From: an uncultured delta proteobacterium
Lineage (GTDB): Bacteria > Desulfobacterota > Desulfomonilia > UBA1062
NCBI GenBank assembly: GCA_963752595.1
Contig: CAVVYZ010000023.1
Span: forward strand, 1 to 64,000
Direction: 5' to 3'
DNA length: 64,000 bases
Part shown: positions 24,775-35,972 of the stretch, piece by piece
Layout: each line of letters begins with the position of its first letter
How positions within the stretch are numbered: the stretch's first letter is position 1
Made by a program: the position numbers and the translations under genes
Notes under the pieces: model-generated
What the model was told of the DNA's origin: nothing
Seen by the model: only the letters and a program-made list of their open reading frames with translations
Database searches by the model: none

Positions 24775-25569
24775 TCAAGAAATTAAAGTATGGCGGACAT
24801 AAGCGATGAGGTCCGTGATGCTCTCAAAGGCATCCTTCCGCAGTGCCTTCGGTCTTTTAACCATGACCACCGGGCAATTCTCCAGCCGGGCCGCTTCGAG
24901 CTTCTGCGGCACGCCGCCTTCTTTGCCGCTGTCTTTTGTTACGAGCATGCCGATGGAAAACCGCCTGATGACAGCCCGGTTCTCTTCCACCGTGAAGGGT
25001 CCCCTGGAAGCGATTATCCGCCCGGCAGGGATACCCGCACACCGGCAGGCCTCCACGGATTCGGGAAGGGGAAGTACACGCACGATAAGGGGAATGCTTC
25101 CTGACCTCGCTTCTCTGACATAGGGAGCAAGGTTTTTCACCCCGATGGTGAGGAGGATCGGATTGTGAAAGGTACAGGCGGTGCGTGCCGCATCCTCATG
25201 ATCCGCTGCATAATGGAGTACGCTTTCCGTATCTGCCGTCCCGGGCCTGAGATAGGTAAAGCAGGGGATACCGGACCGGTCGGCGGCAGCCCTGGCAGCG
25301 GATCTGGCCTGGGAAGCATAGGGGTGAACGGCGTCAACGATGAGCCTGACCCCGGACTCTTCAATGAGAGAGGACAAGCCTTGTTCATCGAGCCTGCCGC
25401 AGCGTTTCAGGATGTTGGGGTGATCACCGGTATCGAAGGGAATCCCGGTGGCGGTGGAGACGAGCACCCGGTATCCAAATTCCGCCAGACCGAGGGCCAG
25501 GGGCTGTGTCTCGCTGGTTCCGCCCAGCAGCAGGATCACAGCCGGTAGCCCCGCGGGGTGACGAACCAC
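24775..25569 (-). CDS. cbiJ: Cobalt-precorrin-6A reductase
   Basis: LLLGGTSE, VDAVHPYA, RGPF, VTKDSG. Confidence 0.92.
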   Translation of the reverse strand: MVRHPAGLPAVILLLGGTSETQPLALGLAEFGYRVLVSTATGIPFDTGDHPNILKRCGRLDEQGLSSLIEESGVRLIVDAVHPYASQARSAARAAADRSGIPCFTYLRPGTADTESVLHYAADHEDAARTACTFHNPILLTIGVKNLAPYVREARSGSIPLIVRVLPLPESVEACRCAGIPAGRIIASRGPFTVEENRAVIRRFSIGMLVTKDSGKEGGVPQKLEAARLENCPVVMVKRPKALRKDAFESITDLIAYVRHTLIS

Positions 25570-26265
25570 CCGTCAAAGATCCTGGAAGACCTGTTGCCGA
25601 TGATGACCACGCTCCGCATGTTCATCTCTTCTTCCAGAAAATGATCCAGATCGGTGAGGACAATGCGTTCACCCTCCCGGCCCACGCCGGTGGCGATGCC
25701 GACGGGGGTCGATCCGGGCCGGCATCTGCGCAGTATTTGCGCTGCCTCTTCCATATGCCCGGTCCGTTTTCTGCTGCGGGGATTGTAGAGGGCAATCACG
25801 AGATCGGCCTCGGCAACCGCCTCGATCCGCTTCACGATTGTCTCCCAGGGGACAAGCAGATCGCTCAGGCTGATGACGGCATAATCCAGCATGAGCGGTG
25901 CGCCGAATCGTGCAGCGGCGGCGTTTGCCGAGGTGATTCCGGGAACGATCTCGATGGACAGCTTCATGCCGCGGGCCGCCGCCATTTCCAGAGCCAGACC
26001 GGCCATTCCGTAAACACCTGAATCTCCCGAGGAAATGAGGGCAACCATGTCCCCGGCCGCCGCTCGTTCAAGGGCCATGCCGCAACGTTCAATCTCCTGT
26101 GTCATGCCCGATGAGATAAGCTCCTTCCCTTCGGTGAGATCGCTGATCAGATCCAGGTACGGCGTGTAACCGGCAATCACCCGGCTGGATGCGATGGCCT
26201 GCTCTGCACGGCGGGTGCGGTCCAGGGGATCTCCCGGTCCGATCCCGACTACAGAGAGCTTTCCC
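25536..26265 (-). CDS. cbiH: Cobalt-precorrin-3B C17-methyltransferase
   Basis: GKLSVVGIGPG, SSGDSGVYGMA, ISLSDLL, YNPRS, TPRGY. Confidence 0.92.
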
Positions 26266-27016
26266 GTGCCAGGGCTATGGTCACTCCTTTGTGTATGATC
26301 CTTGGCAGTATTAATCGTGTCCTCCTTCCCGCCAGCAGGGATGCAGGTTCGGCCACGGCCGGCAGGTTTACTCTTTTCAGTGCTCCGGGGGAATGCTGGA
26401 AGCTCCTGAGCGCTTCCCGGATCTCCCGGCCCGGGATGAATCGCAACGGGATGCCCAGCCCACGGGCAGCTTCAAGCAGCCCCTTTTCTCCGGCCTTGAT
26501 GTCGGCGCTGGCCAGAAAACGCACCTCGGCAGGATCGACCCGGGCCTCAAGCAACCCGGCATGGACGGCTTCCATGATCGCCTGTGCAGAAACCCCTTTG
26601 CGGCAGCCGATGCCGACGATGACCGTTTTCAGCGCCTCGGTGGTGGTGGTGATCACGGGTTCCGCCCCCAGGATATTGGCAATGTCCACGGCAAGGCCGT
26701 TTGCCCCCCCTTCATGACCGGACAGGAGGCTGACGGCATGCCTTCCCAGGACATCCACCACCACCACGGCAGGATCGGTGTGCTTGTCCGTCACCAGCGG
26801 CGCCAGCGCCCTGACCGCGATGCCGCAGGGGCAGATGTATACGAGCTTGCGGTAGGTCTGGAAGAGGTCCTTTGTCAGCGGTTCGATGCTGTTAAATTTT
26901 CTGTATGATGACCCCCTGATTTTTTCATGGAGAAAGATGTCTGCTTCCATCCTGCGGGCAATAGCGGCTGCAACCCGATAACCTTCTGCGGAAAGGGTGA
27001 TGAGGGCGGCCTTCAT
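26249..27016 (-). CDS. cbiG: Cobalt-precorrin-5A hydrolase
   Basis: DKHTDPAVVV, LSGHEGGAN, VGIGCRKG, VAEPA. Confidence 0.93.
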   Translation of the reverse strand: MKAALITLSAEGYRVAAAIARRMEADIFLHEKIRGSSYRKFNSIEPLTKDLFQTYRKLVYICPCGIAVRALAPLVTDKHTDPAVVVVDVLGRHAVSLLSGHEGGANGLAVDIANILGAEPVITTTTEALKTVIVGIGCRKGVSAQAIMEAVHAGLLEARVDPAEVRFLASADIKAGEKGLLEAARGLGIPLRFIPGREIREALRSFQHSPGALKRVNLPAVAEPASLLAGRRTRLILPRIIHKGVTIALARESSL

Positions 27017-27771
27017 TCGTCTGATCCTTTCCGGAACCCATGGGAGAATGAAGGGTCATAGAGCTTCGAGGCGGGTATTGCCCGCTCCAGGGCCCTGCCC
27101 ACGATGATCACGGCGGTCCTTCCCATGCCCGATGCTGCAACATGTTCAGCAATGTTTTCCAGAGTGCCGCTGATAATTTTCTCATCCGGCCAGGAGGCAT
27201 GGTAGACAACTGAAACAGGGCAGTCTTTTCCATAGGAAGGGATGAGGGTCCGGGCAGTATCACCGATGGCATGCCCGGACAGGTAAATGCAGAGCGTGGC
27301 GTGCGACCGGGCAAGCTTATCGAGTTCCTGTTCTTCCGGCAGGGGCGTGCGTCCTGCAGTCCTGGTCAGGATGACCGTCTGGGCTATCTCGGGCGCGGTG
27401 AGTTCGATCTTAAGGCAGGCTGCTGCGGCCTGGAAGGCGCTGATGCCGGGTACTACCTCGTACTCGATCCCCAGTGCATCGAGCCCGTTCATCTGCTCCC
27501 GGATGGCCCCGTACAGGGAAGGATCGCCCGAATGCAGGCGGATTACGTCGATGTCCCTGTCCCTGGCCTCGCTGCATACCTGCAGGATCTCATCGAGGGC
27601 CATCCCGGCGGAGTCATGCTTTTCCGCATCCGAAGGCACCAGGGCCATGACCTCCGTACTCACCAGGGATCCGGCATAAATGATTATCCTGCAGTCCTGC
27701 AGGATCCCGGCAGCCTTTACGGTGAGGAGTTCCGGATCCCCCGGGCCTGCCCCTACGAAAAAGACCTTCAT
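27013..27771 (-). CDS. cbiF: Cobalt-precorrin-4 C11-methyltransferase
   Basis: VGAGPGDPELLT, YAGSLV, RLHSGDPSLYGA, SKLYD. Confidence 0.95.
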   Translation of the reverse strand: MKVFFVGAGPGDPELLTVKAAGILQDCRIIIYAGSLVSTEVMALVPSDAEKHDSAGMALDEILQVCSEARDRDIDVIRLHSGDPSLYGAIREQMNGLDALGIEYEVVPGISAFQAAAACLKIELTAPEIAQTVILTRTAGRTPLPEEQELDKLARSHATLCIYLSGHAIGDTARTLIPSYGKDCPVSVVYHASWPDEKIISGTLENIAEHVAASGMGRTAVIIVGRALERAIPASKLYDPSFSHGFRKGSDE

Positions 27772-28496
27772 GGGATTTCCTCCTCAAGTGCGCGGACAAG
27801 GATAATGGAAAGATACCCGGTTTCCGGTGCTTCATCTTTCAGGACACGCAGATCCGTTTCCACCCGCTCGTTTTCCATGCCTGCCCGGGAGATGAAGACA
27901 CTGTGCTCCATCCTCCCGCAGTCCTCCAGGAGATCGAGGACGGCGTTCAGCCGTGCCCCGATCTTCATGAGCACCACAGTCCCCGGTTGCTGCAGGGACG
28001 TCCTGATCTGTTCGAGATTGTCGTCCACAGGGATGATCGTCACCGGCCGCTTTCCTTCCCCGACAGGGAATCCTGTCAGGGCCGAGGCTGCGCTGAAGGA
28101 TGTGACCCCCGGCACGATCACGATCTTGACCCCGGGTATCAGTTTCCGCAATTCCCGCATGAGATAGATGCCTGTGGAGTACAGGCAGGGATCGCCCAGG
28201 GTGATGAAGCAGGCGTCCTCTCCCCGGGCAAGCACTTCTGCAACAGCCGAGGCGTTTTCCCGCCATCTGTTCGAAAGCTCTTCCCTGCGGGAGGTCATGG
28301 GAAAAACAAGATCGTGGATCTCGACCTCGCTGCCCATGGACCCGCCTGCTATGGAAAGGGCTGTACTTTCCTGTGCGGTCCGAGCCTTTGGTACAAACAC
28401 ATGCCGGCATCGGGAAAGAATCTTTGCAGCTTTGACCGTGAGCAGCTCGGGATCGCCGGGACCGATGCCCAGAGAAAAAAGTGTTCCGGTATTCAT
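27768..28496 (-). CDS. cbiL: Cobalt-precorrin-2 C20-methyltransferase
   Basis: GIGPGDPELLTVKA, FPM, TLGDPCLYST, VLMK. Confidence 0.93.
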   Translation of the reverse strand: MNTGTLFSLGIGPGDPELLTVKAAKILSRCRHVFVPKARTAQESTALSIAGGSMGSEVEIHDLVFPMTSRREELSNRWRENASAVAEVLARGEDACFITLGDPCLYSTGIYLMRELRKLIPGVKIVIVPGVTSFSAASALTGFPVGEGKRPVTIIPVDDNLEQIRTSLQQPGTVVLMKIGARLNAVLDLLEDCGRMEHSVFISRAGMENERVETDLRVLKDEAPETGYLSIILVRALEEEIP

Positions 28497-29125
28497 GGGT
28501 TGTTTTCCTTTATCAAGATCAGGATACTCAGGGGAGATATTCTTTCCGGTAAAAGGCCGTCATGTATTTCCGTGATCTTCTCTTCCGGAAGCGTCAGGTT
28601 CTCGCACAGGTAAATACGATACTCATACCCCATGGCCTGCATCAATCGATCGATCCAGGAGGTGACCCGCCCGGTGAGAACTGCTATTTTTTCAATACCT
28701 TCCAGTTCTTCGGGAGAAACATCGGGTTCATCCCCGTGTGCATCGAGAATGGCAAGGTCCTGCCAGTCCAGGCCCAGCCTGGCGCAGGCTACCTGCAGGG
28801 AGCTGATGCCCGGTATGACCCGGCAATGCTCCAGACCGAAACGACGGATGACCGGAGCTGCAAGGCTCATGAGCCCCGGATCTCCGGTGGTGAGGACTGC
28901 CACGCGCCTGGTTCTTCTCAGTTCGGCTATCCGGTCCAGGACACCATGGATATCGGCGGTGACCGGGATACGCTCGGCCGGGCTTTCCGGGAACAGGTCC
29001 AGCAGACGCACGGCACCCACCAGCACCTGGGCCTGGCCGGCCGCCTGTCTGGCCAGTGGGGTTATGTAATCCGGCCCGCCGGGCCCGCAGCCGATGATGA
29101 CAATGGGATTATGTTTTTCTGTCAT
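28493..29125 (-). CDS. cbiE: Cobalt-precorrin-7 C5-methyltransferase, CbiE domain only
   Basis: IIGCGPG, TGDPG, PGISSLQ, ENLTLPEE. Confidence 0.9.
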   Translation of the reverse strand: MTEKHNPIVIIGCGPGGPDYITPLARQAAGQAQVLVGAVRLLDLFPESPAERIPVTADIHGVLDRIAELRRTRRVAVLTTGDPGLMSLAAPVIRRFGLEHCRVIPGISSLQVACARLGLDWQDLAILDAHGDEPDVSPEELEGIEKIAVLTGRVTSWIDRLMQAMGYEYRIYLCENLTLPEEKITEIHDGLLPERISPLSILILIKENNP

Positions 29126-30180
29126 GGCTTCTCCCAGGGGGCAAGGTCTCCTGCAGACCCCAGCCGGTTGCCCTTCATGTCCACCAGCACCACGGATGCG
29201 GGAATCGATGTGTTCAGCCGCGAAAGGATCGATGCCCGGATAGCCCTGGCCAGGGCATTGCCGAGGGGTTCTTTTTCCCGGTTATTCAGGAGCGAGAAAA
29301 GTCCTTCCACCGTGGGGACTTCAGGCAGGCTCTGCCCGAAGAGGTCCTTTGCCAGGTTCACAACAGAGGGAAGGGCGCTCGCCGATCGGGATGAGTGGGT
29401 GTCGAAGCACCCCCGGGCGAGCTTGGCCAGCTTGCCCGGATGGCCGAGGACCAGGACCGCCGAGGGCCGGTAATCCGGAATACGGTCCAGGGCAAAGCCC
29501 CATTCGTTGCTCACCTCGATGACCTGTTCCGGCTTCAGGGAAAAATGCCCGCGGGCGGCCTTTTCCCCGATATGCCCGGGCACCAGGACCGGCCGGTCGA
29601 CCCCGCCGGCATGTGCGATATCCATGCAGCAGAGGATGGTCTGCCGGATGGCCGAGCAGGAAAACGGGCGGACACGGCCGGTGGTCCCCAGGATAGACAG
29701 TCCGCCGACGATGCCGAGCCGGGGGTTGAAGGTACGGGCAGCCAGCTCGCTGCCGCCCGGGATGCTGATGGTGATGTCTACCCCCCTGCCGGTCAGCTCC
29801 TGTACGGCAGACCGGATCATGGCTGCCGGTACCGGGTTGATGGCAGGTTCACCGGGCTTCACCTGCAATCCCGGCCTGGTGACCGTGCCGATGCCTTCGC
29901 CCGCCTTCAGGACGATGCGATCAACGCCGTTCCAGCAGACTTCTGCTCTGACAGGGACCCCGTTGGTGATATCGGGATCGTCTCCGGCATCCTTCAGAAC
30001 GGATGCTTCGGCCGAAGGTCCGTTGCTCCGGGCTGAAGCGACCGGTATGCGCGTGCATGCCCCATCCGGCAGGGTAACATCCACCGTACCGGGCACGGGT
30101 TCACCCAGGAGCAGCATCACGGCCGCCTTGGCTGCAGCGGATGCGCAGGTGCCGGTGGTATAGCCGTGCCGGAGCGTCAT
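29122..30180 (-). CDS. cbiD: Cobalt-precorrin-5B C1-methyltransferase
   Basis: LRHGYTTGTCA, KDAGDDPDIT, TFNPRLGIVGGLSILGTTG. Confidence 0.96.
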   Translation of the reverse strand: MTLRHGYTTGTCASAAAKAAVMLLLGEPVPGTVDVTLPDGACTRIPVASARSNGPSAEASVLKDAGDDPDITNGVPVRAEVCWNGVDRIVLKAGEGIGTVTRPGLQVKPGEPAINPVPAAMIRSAVQELTGRGVDITISIPGGSELAARTFNPRLGIVGGLSILGTTGRVRPFSCSAIRQTILCCMDIAHAGGVDRPVLVPGHIGEKAARGHFSLKPEQVIEVSNEWGFALDRIPDYRPSAVLVLGHPGKLAKLARGCFDTHSSRSASALPSVVNLAKDLFGQSLPEVPTVEGLFSLLNNREKEPLGNALARAIRASILSRLNTSIPASVVLVDMKGNRLGSAGDLAPWEKP

Positions 30181-31058
30181 GACGCCCTCTCTTTCGCCAG
30201 GATGAGCTCTTCGGGGATCAGCTCCAGGAGACGCTTCCTGGCCTCTCCCACGGTCAGGGGAAGGCCGTCGATGGGGACGCCGTCGTAGCGCTTCATGTCG
30301 TAGAGAAGCCCGGAAATGTAGGGAAGCCTGAGGCTGGCCCGGGTGATCATCTCGTGATTGCAGAAGATTTCCTGTACCGTTCCCTCGCTCAGGAGGCGCC
30401 CCTGCTTGAGCACGGCGATGCGGTCCACGAAGAGCGGGAGCATGTCCACCGAATGGGTGGCCATGATGATGGTGGCCCCCTGCTTGTTCAACTGGTGCAG
30501 GAGCTGGAGCATCACCATCTCTCCCGCAGGGTCCAGGCCCTGGGTGGGTTCGTCCAGGATGAGGATGCGGGGCTGCATGGCCAGGACACCTGCCAGACAG
30601 ACCCGTTTCTTTTCCCCGAAGCTCAGGTGGTGTATGGCCCGGGACCGCAGAGCCGAGATACCCACGGCATCGAGGGACTGTTCCACCCGGTCCCGGATTT
30701 CATGTTCGGAAAGCCCGAGATTGCGGGGGCCGAAGGCCACATCTTCGGCAACAGTGGCGGCAAACAGCTGATCATCCGGGTTCTGAAAGACCAGCCCCAC
30801 CTTCTGGTAAAGCTCTTTTGCGGTCAGTGAGCGCTGGTCTTTGCCCTCAATGGTGATGGTGCCGGTCCGGGGCTTCAGCAGCCCCATCAGGACCTTGATG
30901 AGCGTGGTTTTCCCCGATCCGTTGGAGGCAAGCATTGCAATGAATTCGCCGGTGTTCACCCGGAGATCAAGGGCATACAGGGCCTGGGTTCCTTCGGGAT
31001 AGGTATAGGATATATCAAGGGCTTCGATGCAGAAGCTGTCCTGCATACTCACCTCCAC
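30177..31058 (-). CDS. cbiO: Cobalt ECF transporter ATPase
   Basis: NGSGKTT, FQNPDDQLF, LSFGEKKR, LDEPT. Confidence 0.92.
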   Translation of the reverse strand: MEVSMQDSFCIEALDISYTYPEGTQALYALDLRVNTGEFIAMLASNGSGKTTLIKVLMGLLKPRTGTITIEGKDQRSLTAKELYQKVGLVFQNPDDQLFAATVAEDVAFGPRNLGLSEHEIRDRVEQSLDAVGISALRSRAIHHLSFGEKKRVCLAGVLAMQPRILILDEPTQGLDPAGEMVMLQLLHQLNKQGATIIMATHSVDMLPLFVDRIAVLKQGRLLSEGTVQEIFCNHEMITRASLRLPYISGLLYDMKRYDGVPIDGLPLTVGEARKRLLELIPEELILAKERAS

Positions 31059-31786
31059 TCCTGAATCAGGAACAGGCAGATGATCACCAGGCAGGGGAGC
31101 AGGGAAAACAGGATTTCCCTGCCGGTCATCCGGGGGAGGGGTTCACCGGGGATCGAACCGTTGTAACCCCGCAGCAGCATGGCTTCATGGGTCTGCCTGG
31201 ACTGATCCAGAGAACGGAGGATGACCGATCCCGCCAGCGTGCCCAGGGACGAGAGCGTCCGTTTTACCCCGTGATGGCCGAGGCGCACGCGCTGGGCGCA
31301 GGAGGCTTCCGAGGCATGCTCCAGGAGGATGAAGATGCTGCGGTACATGAGCATGGCGAGCTCCACCCATCCCCTGGGGATGCCGAGGGCGCGCAAGGCG
31401 CTGAAGATCCTGTGGGCCGGGGTCACCATGCCGAGCAGGATCATGATGGACAGGCTGCCCAGCACCTTGGAGCCCATGAGAAATCCTGCATGAAGGACAG
31501 GTATCCCGCCGGTAGTCAGTTTGCCCTGGGAATATGCCTGCAGCGCGATGAGTACCAGAACGAAGCCCATGGGCAGAGCAAGACGGCTGAAGAGAAGCAT
31601 CAGGGGCATTTTAAGGACCAGCAGGCATGAGAGACACAGAACTAAGGTGATGAGCGGCAGATGAACATGAGTTGAAAGGATGATGCAGATGATCGCTGTA
31701 AGCGCCGTTATGATCTTTACGCGGGGATCGAGCCGGGTCAGAATGTTTTCGCGATAGGAAAAAATATCCAGAAACAGATCAAACAT
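31049..31786 (-). CDS. cbiQ: Cobalt ECF transporter T component
   Basis: LDPRVK, MYRSI, AMLLRG. Confidence 0.9.
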   Translation of the reverse strand: MFDLFLDIFSYRENILTRLDPRVKIITALTAIICIILSTHVHLPLITLVLCLSCLLVLKMPLMLLFSRLALPMGFVLVLIALQAYSQGKLTTGGIPVLHAGFLMGSKVLGSLSIMILLGMVTPAHRIFSALRALGIPRGWVELAMLMYRSIFILLEHASEASCAQRVRLGHHGVKRTLSSLGTLAGSVILRSLDQSRQTHEAMLLRGYNGSIPGEPLPRMTGREILFSLLPCLVIICLFLIQEWR

Positions 31787-32054
31787 CTTCGAGTTCCCTC
31801 TTTCTGCGGGGCGGGAAGAGCTCGCGGAAATAGTATCCTCCGGCAAATCCGCCAATGGCTCCGGCCGTGAGGAAGACAAAAAGGAGAAGGTCGCCCTGGT
31901 CGGTGTTGATAAAGGGATCACACGGCGGCCGGCCTGCCTCCATGGCATACTTTTCCACCACGGTCTCGTCCACGCCGGTCCATCTGTCTGCGGCAGAACA
32001 AGGGCCTGCTGAGATGAAGGATACAATCATGAAAAGCAAGGCAATGATCTTCAT
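31779..32054 (-). CDS. cbiN: Cobalt transport accessory protein, CbiN-like
   Basis: WTGVDETVVEK...GDLLLFVFL-AGAIGGF; between cbiM and cbiQ. Confidence 0.75.
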   Translation of the reverse strand: MKIIALLFMIVSFISAGPCSAADRWTGVDETVVEKYAMEAGRPPCDPFINTDQGDLLLFVFLTAGAIGGFAGGYYFRELFPPRRKRELEDV

Positions 32055-32792
32055 GCAGGCACCTTCTCCCTTGTCAAAAAGCTCAAAAGCTCGGGCCTGC
32101 GCGCACTGATGAAACGGTATACTCCTGCGCACATGATGCCTTCCACGATACCCAGGGGCACCTGGGTCGGGACAAAGGCCAGGAGGATCGCCGTAAACAT
32201 TGTGGTGAAGGACGTGCTGCCCGAAAGGGCTGTAGCGAGCTCGAACGAGGTCATGGCATAGGTGGCCCAGTCCGAGAGCAGGCCTGCCAGGAAGAACGCC
32301 ACCGGCAAGGGCGCTCCGATGCGGCGGGATAGTATGAATATGCCGTAACCGGTGAAGGCGCCGACAACACCCATGGAGACGATGTTGGCCCCGAGGGTTG
32401 TCAGCCCGCCGTGGGCCAGGAAAAGGGCCTGGAGCACCAGGGAAACGCTGGCAACAAGAACGCTTAAACTTGGGCCGATGATGACGGCTGCCAGGCCGGT
32501 GCCGCAGGGATGAGAGCATGAACCGACAACAGGGGACCGGGATGGGCATGCAGGAGATGATGAAAACCGCAGCTCCCACAAGCCCTATCAGGGGTTTGAA
32601 ATGAGGGATTGATGCACTTTGGACACGCATATTGCGAAGTCCCCATGCCACAAAAGGACCCGCTGCAATGAACCAGAGGACAGCCCACTTGGCCGGAAGG
32701 ATGCCCTCGGTGATATGCATCGCAAAAGCGTCACCGGGAAGAACCGGCATCAGGATGGCCGTCAATGCGGTCAATATGTAAAGATTGTTCAT
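32051..32792 (-). CDS. cbiM: Cobalt ECF transporter S component (frameshifted)
   Basis: Signal peptide then MHITEG; GSCSHPCG; AHGGLTTLGAN. Confidence 0.93.
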
Positions 32793-32821
32793 AAACCAAT
32801 CCCCTTTACCTGTTCCCATGA

Positions 32822-33260
32822 TCATCCTCTTTTTGAGTGAATATGATCCGAGTGTTCGAAATGGCGGATATTTTCTAGGCTACGTGACTCCTCCACCCGG
32901 CGGATGACAAGGTCCGCCAGGGACTCGTCATACCCGAGATTCTTCCCCAGGATAAGCTTGACTTCAGGATTTCCCGCTGCCTTTTCCCTGAGCATGGCCG
33001 GGATGTCTTCTTGGATGTGTACTCCGGCATGGAGAAAGTAGGGGAGGACGATGATCCGGTTCGCACCCTGCGCCACGCAGCGGTCAAAGGCTTCGGGGAA
33101 ATACGGGACGGACATGGACATGCTGCAGGTCTCGATGATGCCGCCTCCCACCTTCTCCTTCATCCGTGCGGCAATTTTTTCCATGTCCTCGCCGGCGCCG
33201 GGCCTGCGGCTCCCATGGCCGATGATGATGATTGCCTCCCGGATGCCGTCTTCTCCGGGA
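32822..33260 (-). CDS. cbiX: Sirohydrochlorin cobaltochelatase domain
   Basis: IIGHGSR, PYFLHAGVHIQEDIP. Confidence 0.9.
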
Positions 33261-33946
33261 TCGTTCCCTGTGCCGTGCAGCCAGTGAGCACAGGGCATGG
33301 ATCACGCTCACCGCCAGCGTGCTTCCGCCACGCCGTCCGTCCAGGACAATGGCGGGAATGTCCAGCTGCAGGAGTTCGGTCTTGCTTTCCTCCACATGCA
33401 CGAACCCAACAGGCATTGCCACCACCAGGGCGGGACGGATGCCTTCCTCCAGGATCATCCGGTTGAGCTCGAGCAGGGCCACGGGCGAATTGCCGAACAC
33501 CGCGATGCCGTTCTGAAGTGCATGCTTCGCCTTGCGCACGGCAAAAAGGGATCGGGGCAGGCCTTCCCCTTCCGCATCTTTTGCCACATCCGGATCGGCG
33601 ATATGGCACAGGATGCTGCCGGGTGTATAGTGAACGCTCGCTTGCCTCAACCGGGGAAGCGACAATCCGGCCCGGATCATGTTCGCATCAACATAGATCT
33701 GCCGGGCACCGGCAAGTGCCTGAATGCCGGATGCAACGGCATCGGAGGTAAACCGGACATCCTGCATGATCCCGAAATCTCCTGTGGTATGGATCATGCG
33801 GCACACGATCTCCCATTCCTGCTTTAAAAAGTGTGGGGAGGGGCCTCTTTGTCAATAATGCCAAATGACATGGCCTCGATATCGTTCCCGCTTCTGGGGG
33901 ATGACAGCAGCGAGCGGATGAGGGGAGCATTCAATGATTTCTTCAT
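33260..33946 (-). CDS. cbiC: Cobalt-precorrin-8 methylmutase (frameshifted)
   Basis: RMIHTTGDF, GNSPVAL, MPVGFVHVEESK, GRRGGS. Confidence 0.92.
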
Positions 33947-33947
33947 G

Positions 33948-35435
33948 TTATTTTCCCTTTAATAATAAACGTTCAGCAGTTTTCTGCTGATCTTCCTTAT
34001 CTTCCTCACCCCTTGCGGGAGCGGAATGACAAGAGGGGGCCGGTTTCGTCCAAGGCTTTACAAAGAGAAACAAACCGGTCCAGCGCCTGCGGCCTGCAGG
34101 CAAGGTGCTGATGGATGTAGCTCGCCAGGATATGGCCGTGCTGGAATCCTCTCCCGGCGGGTAGCGTCGGACCGGGGTTTTTTCAGTGAATAGACCGGTT
34201 CCCATCCTTCCTTTCCTGCGGGATCCGCGGTGAGCTCGGAGTAATGAAACTCATGGCCTTTCAGGACCGTTCCCCGTGTTCCCCGAGGGAATCCTCGGTC
34301 GAGATGCGTCTCGACATAGCCAAGGGCCTGCCTGAGCCGTTCCAGCATTCTGTTGCGAGCGGAAGGATGCCGGCCATGCCGTAGGTCCTGCCGTCCAGGG
34401 TGTCTATCCCCTGCGACAGGTACATCAGGCCGCCGCATTCCGCGTAGACAGGCCGGCCGGACCCGGCAAAGCCCCGGACGTCGGAGAGCATGGACTCATT
34501 TGCCGCAAGCGCCGGCGCACATGCTCCGGATATCCTCCGCCGAGATACAGTCCGTGGAGATGGCCGGGGAGATGTCCGTCCCGGACCGGTGAGAAAAATT
34601 CCAGGGTGCACCCGCGGCCGACCAGCTCGTCGAGGAGATCCTGGTAATAGAAATGGAAGGCCCGGTCCCGGGCGACGCCCAGGCGGACGAAAGAAGGCCG
34701 GGCCATCACGTCCGCAGGAGCCGGAATCCGGAGAGGGGCTCCCTGCCGGGCAATCTCGCTGGATCCTTTCCAGGTTTGAGGAAGCGGTCGCAGACGTCTG
34801 CCAGGGTTGCCAAGATTTCCGGCGTGATACTCGAAGGCTCGGCGGTGACCAGGCCCAGATGCCGGCTCTCCAGTCCGGGAACCGCTCCCCGGGGGACAGC
34901 TCCCAGCAGGGAAGGGCAGCCGGCGGCCTGTAATGAGCTTTCCAGCACGGAGCCATGTCTTTCAGATCCGCAGTGATTGGCAATGACGCCTGCTATGCCG
35001 AACCCCTTCTCGAATCCGCGCATAGCCCTGTACCGTGCAGCCAGGCTGCGGGCCATGCCGTGCACGTCGCACGACCAGGAGCACCGGGGCGTTCGAGCCA
35101 GCGCGGCGATCTCGGCCGTGCTCCCGCTTCGAGCGGCCTGGGCGTGCGCCGTCGAAAAGGCCCATGACGCCCTTCGATCACCGCGATGTCGGCGTCCGCC
35201 GTGGCGCGGGCGAACAGCTCCCGTACATACTTCGCGCCGGACATCCAGCCGTCCAGGTTGTAGCAGGTGCCTGCCCGGAGGCAAGGGACAGATAGGTGGG
35301 ATCCAGGAAATCGGGCCCCACCTTGAATGTCTGCACGCGGATGCTTCCGCACCAGCGAGGCGCCAGGGCGAAGCTCAACGAGGTCTTGCCGACGCCGCTG
35401 CCGGTTCCCGGCGATCACGATCCTGGGTCGGTCAT
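33948..35435 (-). CDS. cbiA: Cobyrinate a,c-diamide synthase (heavily frameshifted)
   Basis: FKVGPDFLDP, MGLFDG, SRHLGL, AFHFYY, GGGYPE, AECGG, GHEFHYS. Confidence 0.92.
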
Positions 35436-35972
35436 TGGGCGTTCAATCGCTCGACCCCCTTTCTGCGCCTTGTCGCCGGTCGAAGCCGTGCTTGACGCAT
35501 GCGCATTTCGGTCACCGTGTCGGCCAGCATCCACAAGTGCCGGGCGTTGCCTCGCGACCTGTCAGCACGATGCACGTCTCCGGGCGTGCGCATCTTGAGC
35601 GCCGAGCACCTGCTGTCTTCAACGAGGCTGCCGCGACACGGCGAAGCAGATCTCGTCCAGGACACGATCGGCGAATCGGCCGGTGGCGATGGCCTCGGCC
35701 GCTTTGTCGCAGTCCCGCCTGGGCCGCGTCGCGATGCGTGGCCATGAGCGGTCTGCCGTTTCGGCCGGAAGGAACCCGAGGCCGGTCATGTGATATCTCG
35801 GAGTCGGCGCGGCCTGGAGCGGCGGCAAATTCGCCGACCGAGTGTCGGCCTTCACGAAATGCAGGATGAACGCTTCTGCCATGCCCGCGGCTCGGAAGGC
35901 CATGCCCAGGGCGGCGGTGGTCTTGCCTTTGCCGTCGCCGGTGAAAAGGAGGATGCGCGGCTTGGAACTCAT
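35432..35972 (-). CDS. cobO: Cob(I)yrinate adenosyltransferase (frameshifted)
   Basis: FTGDGKGKTTAALG, VLDE, VLTGR, ADTVTEM. Confidence 0.9.

Noticed and set aside
26258-26268. GGGAAAG as a programmed -1 slippery site joining cbiG and cbiH
   Set aside because: The heptamer is not in the X XXY YYZ register of the cbiG frame
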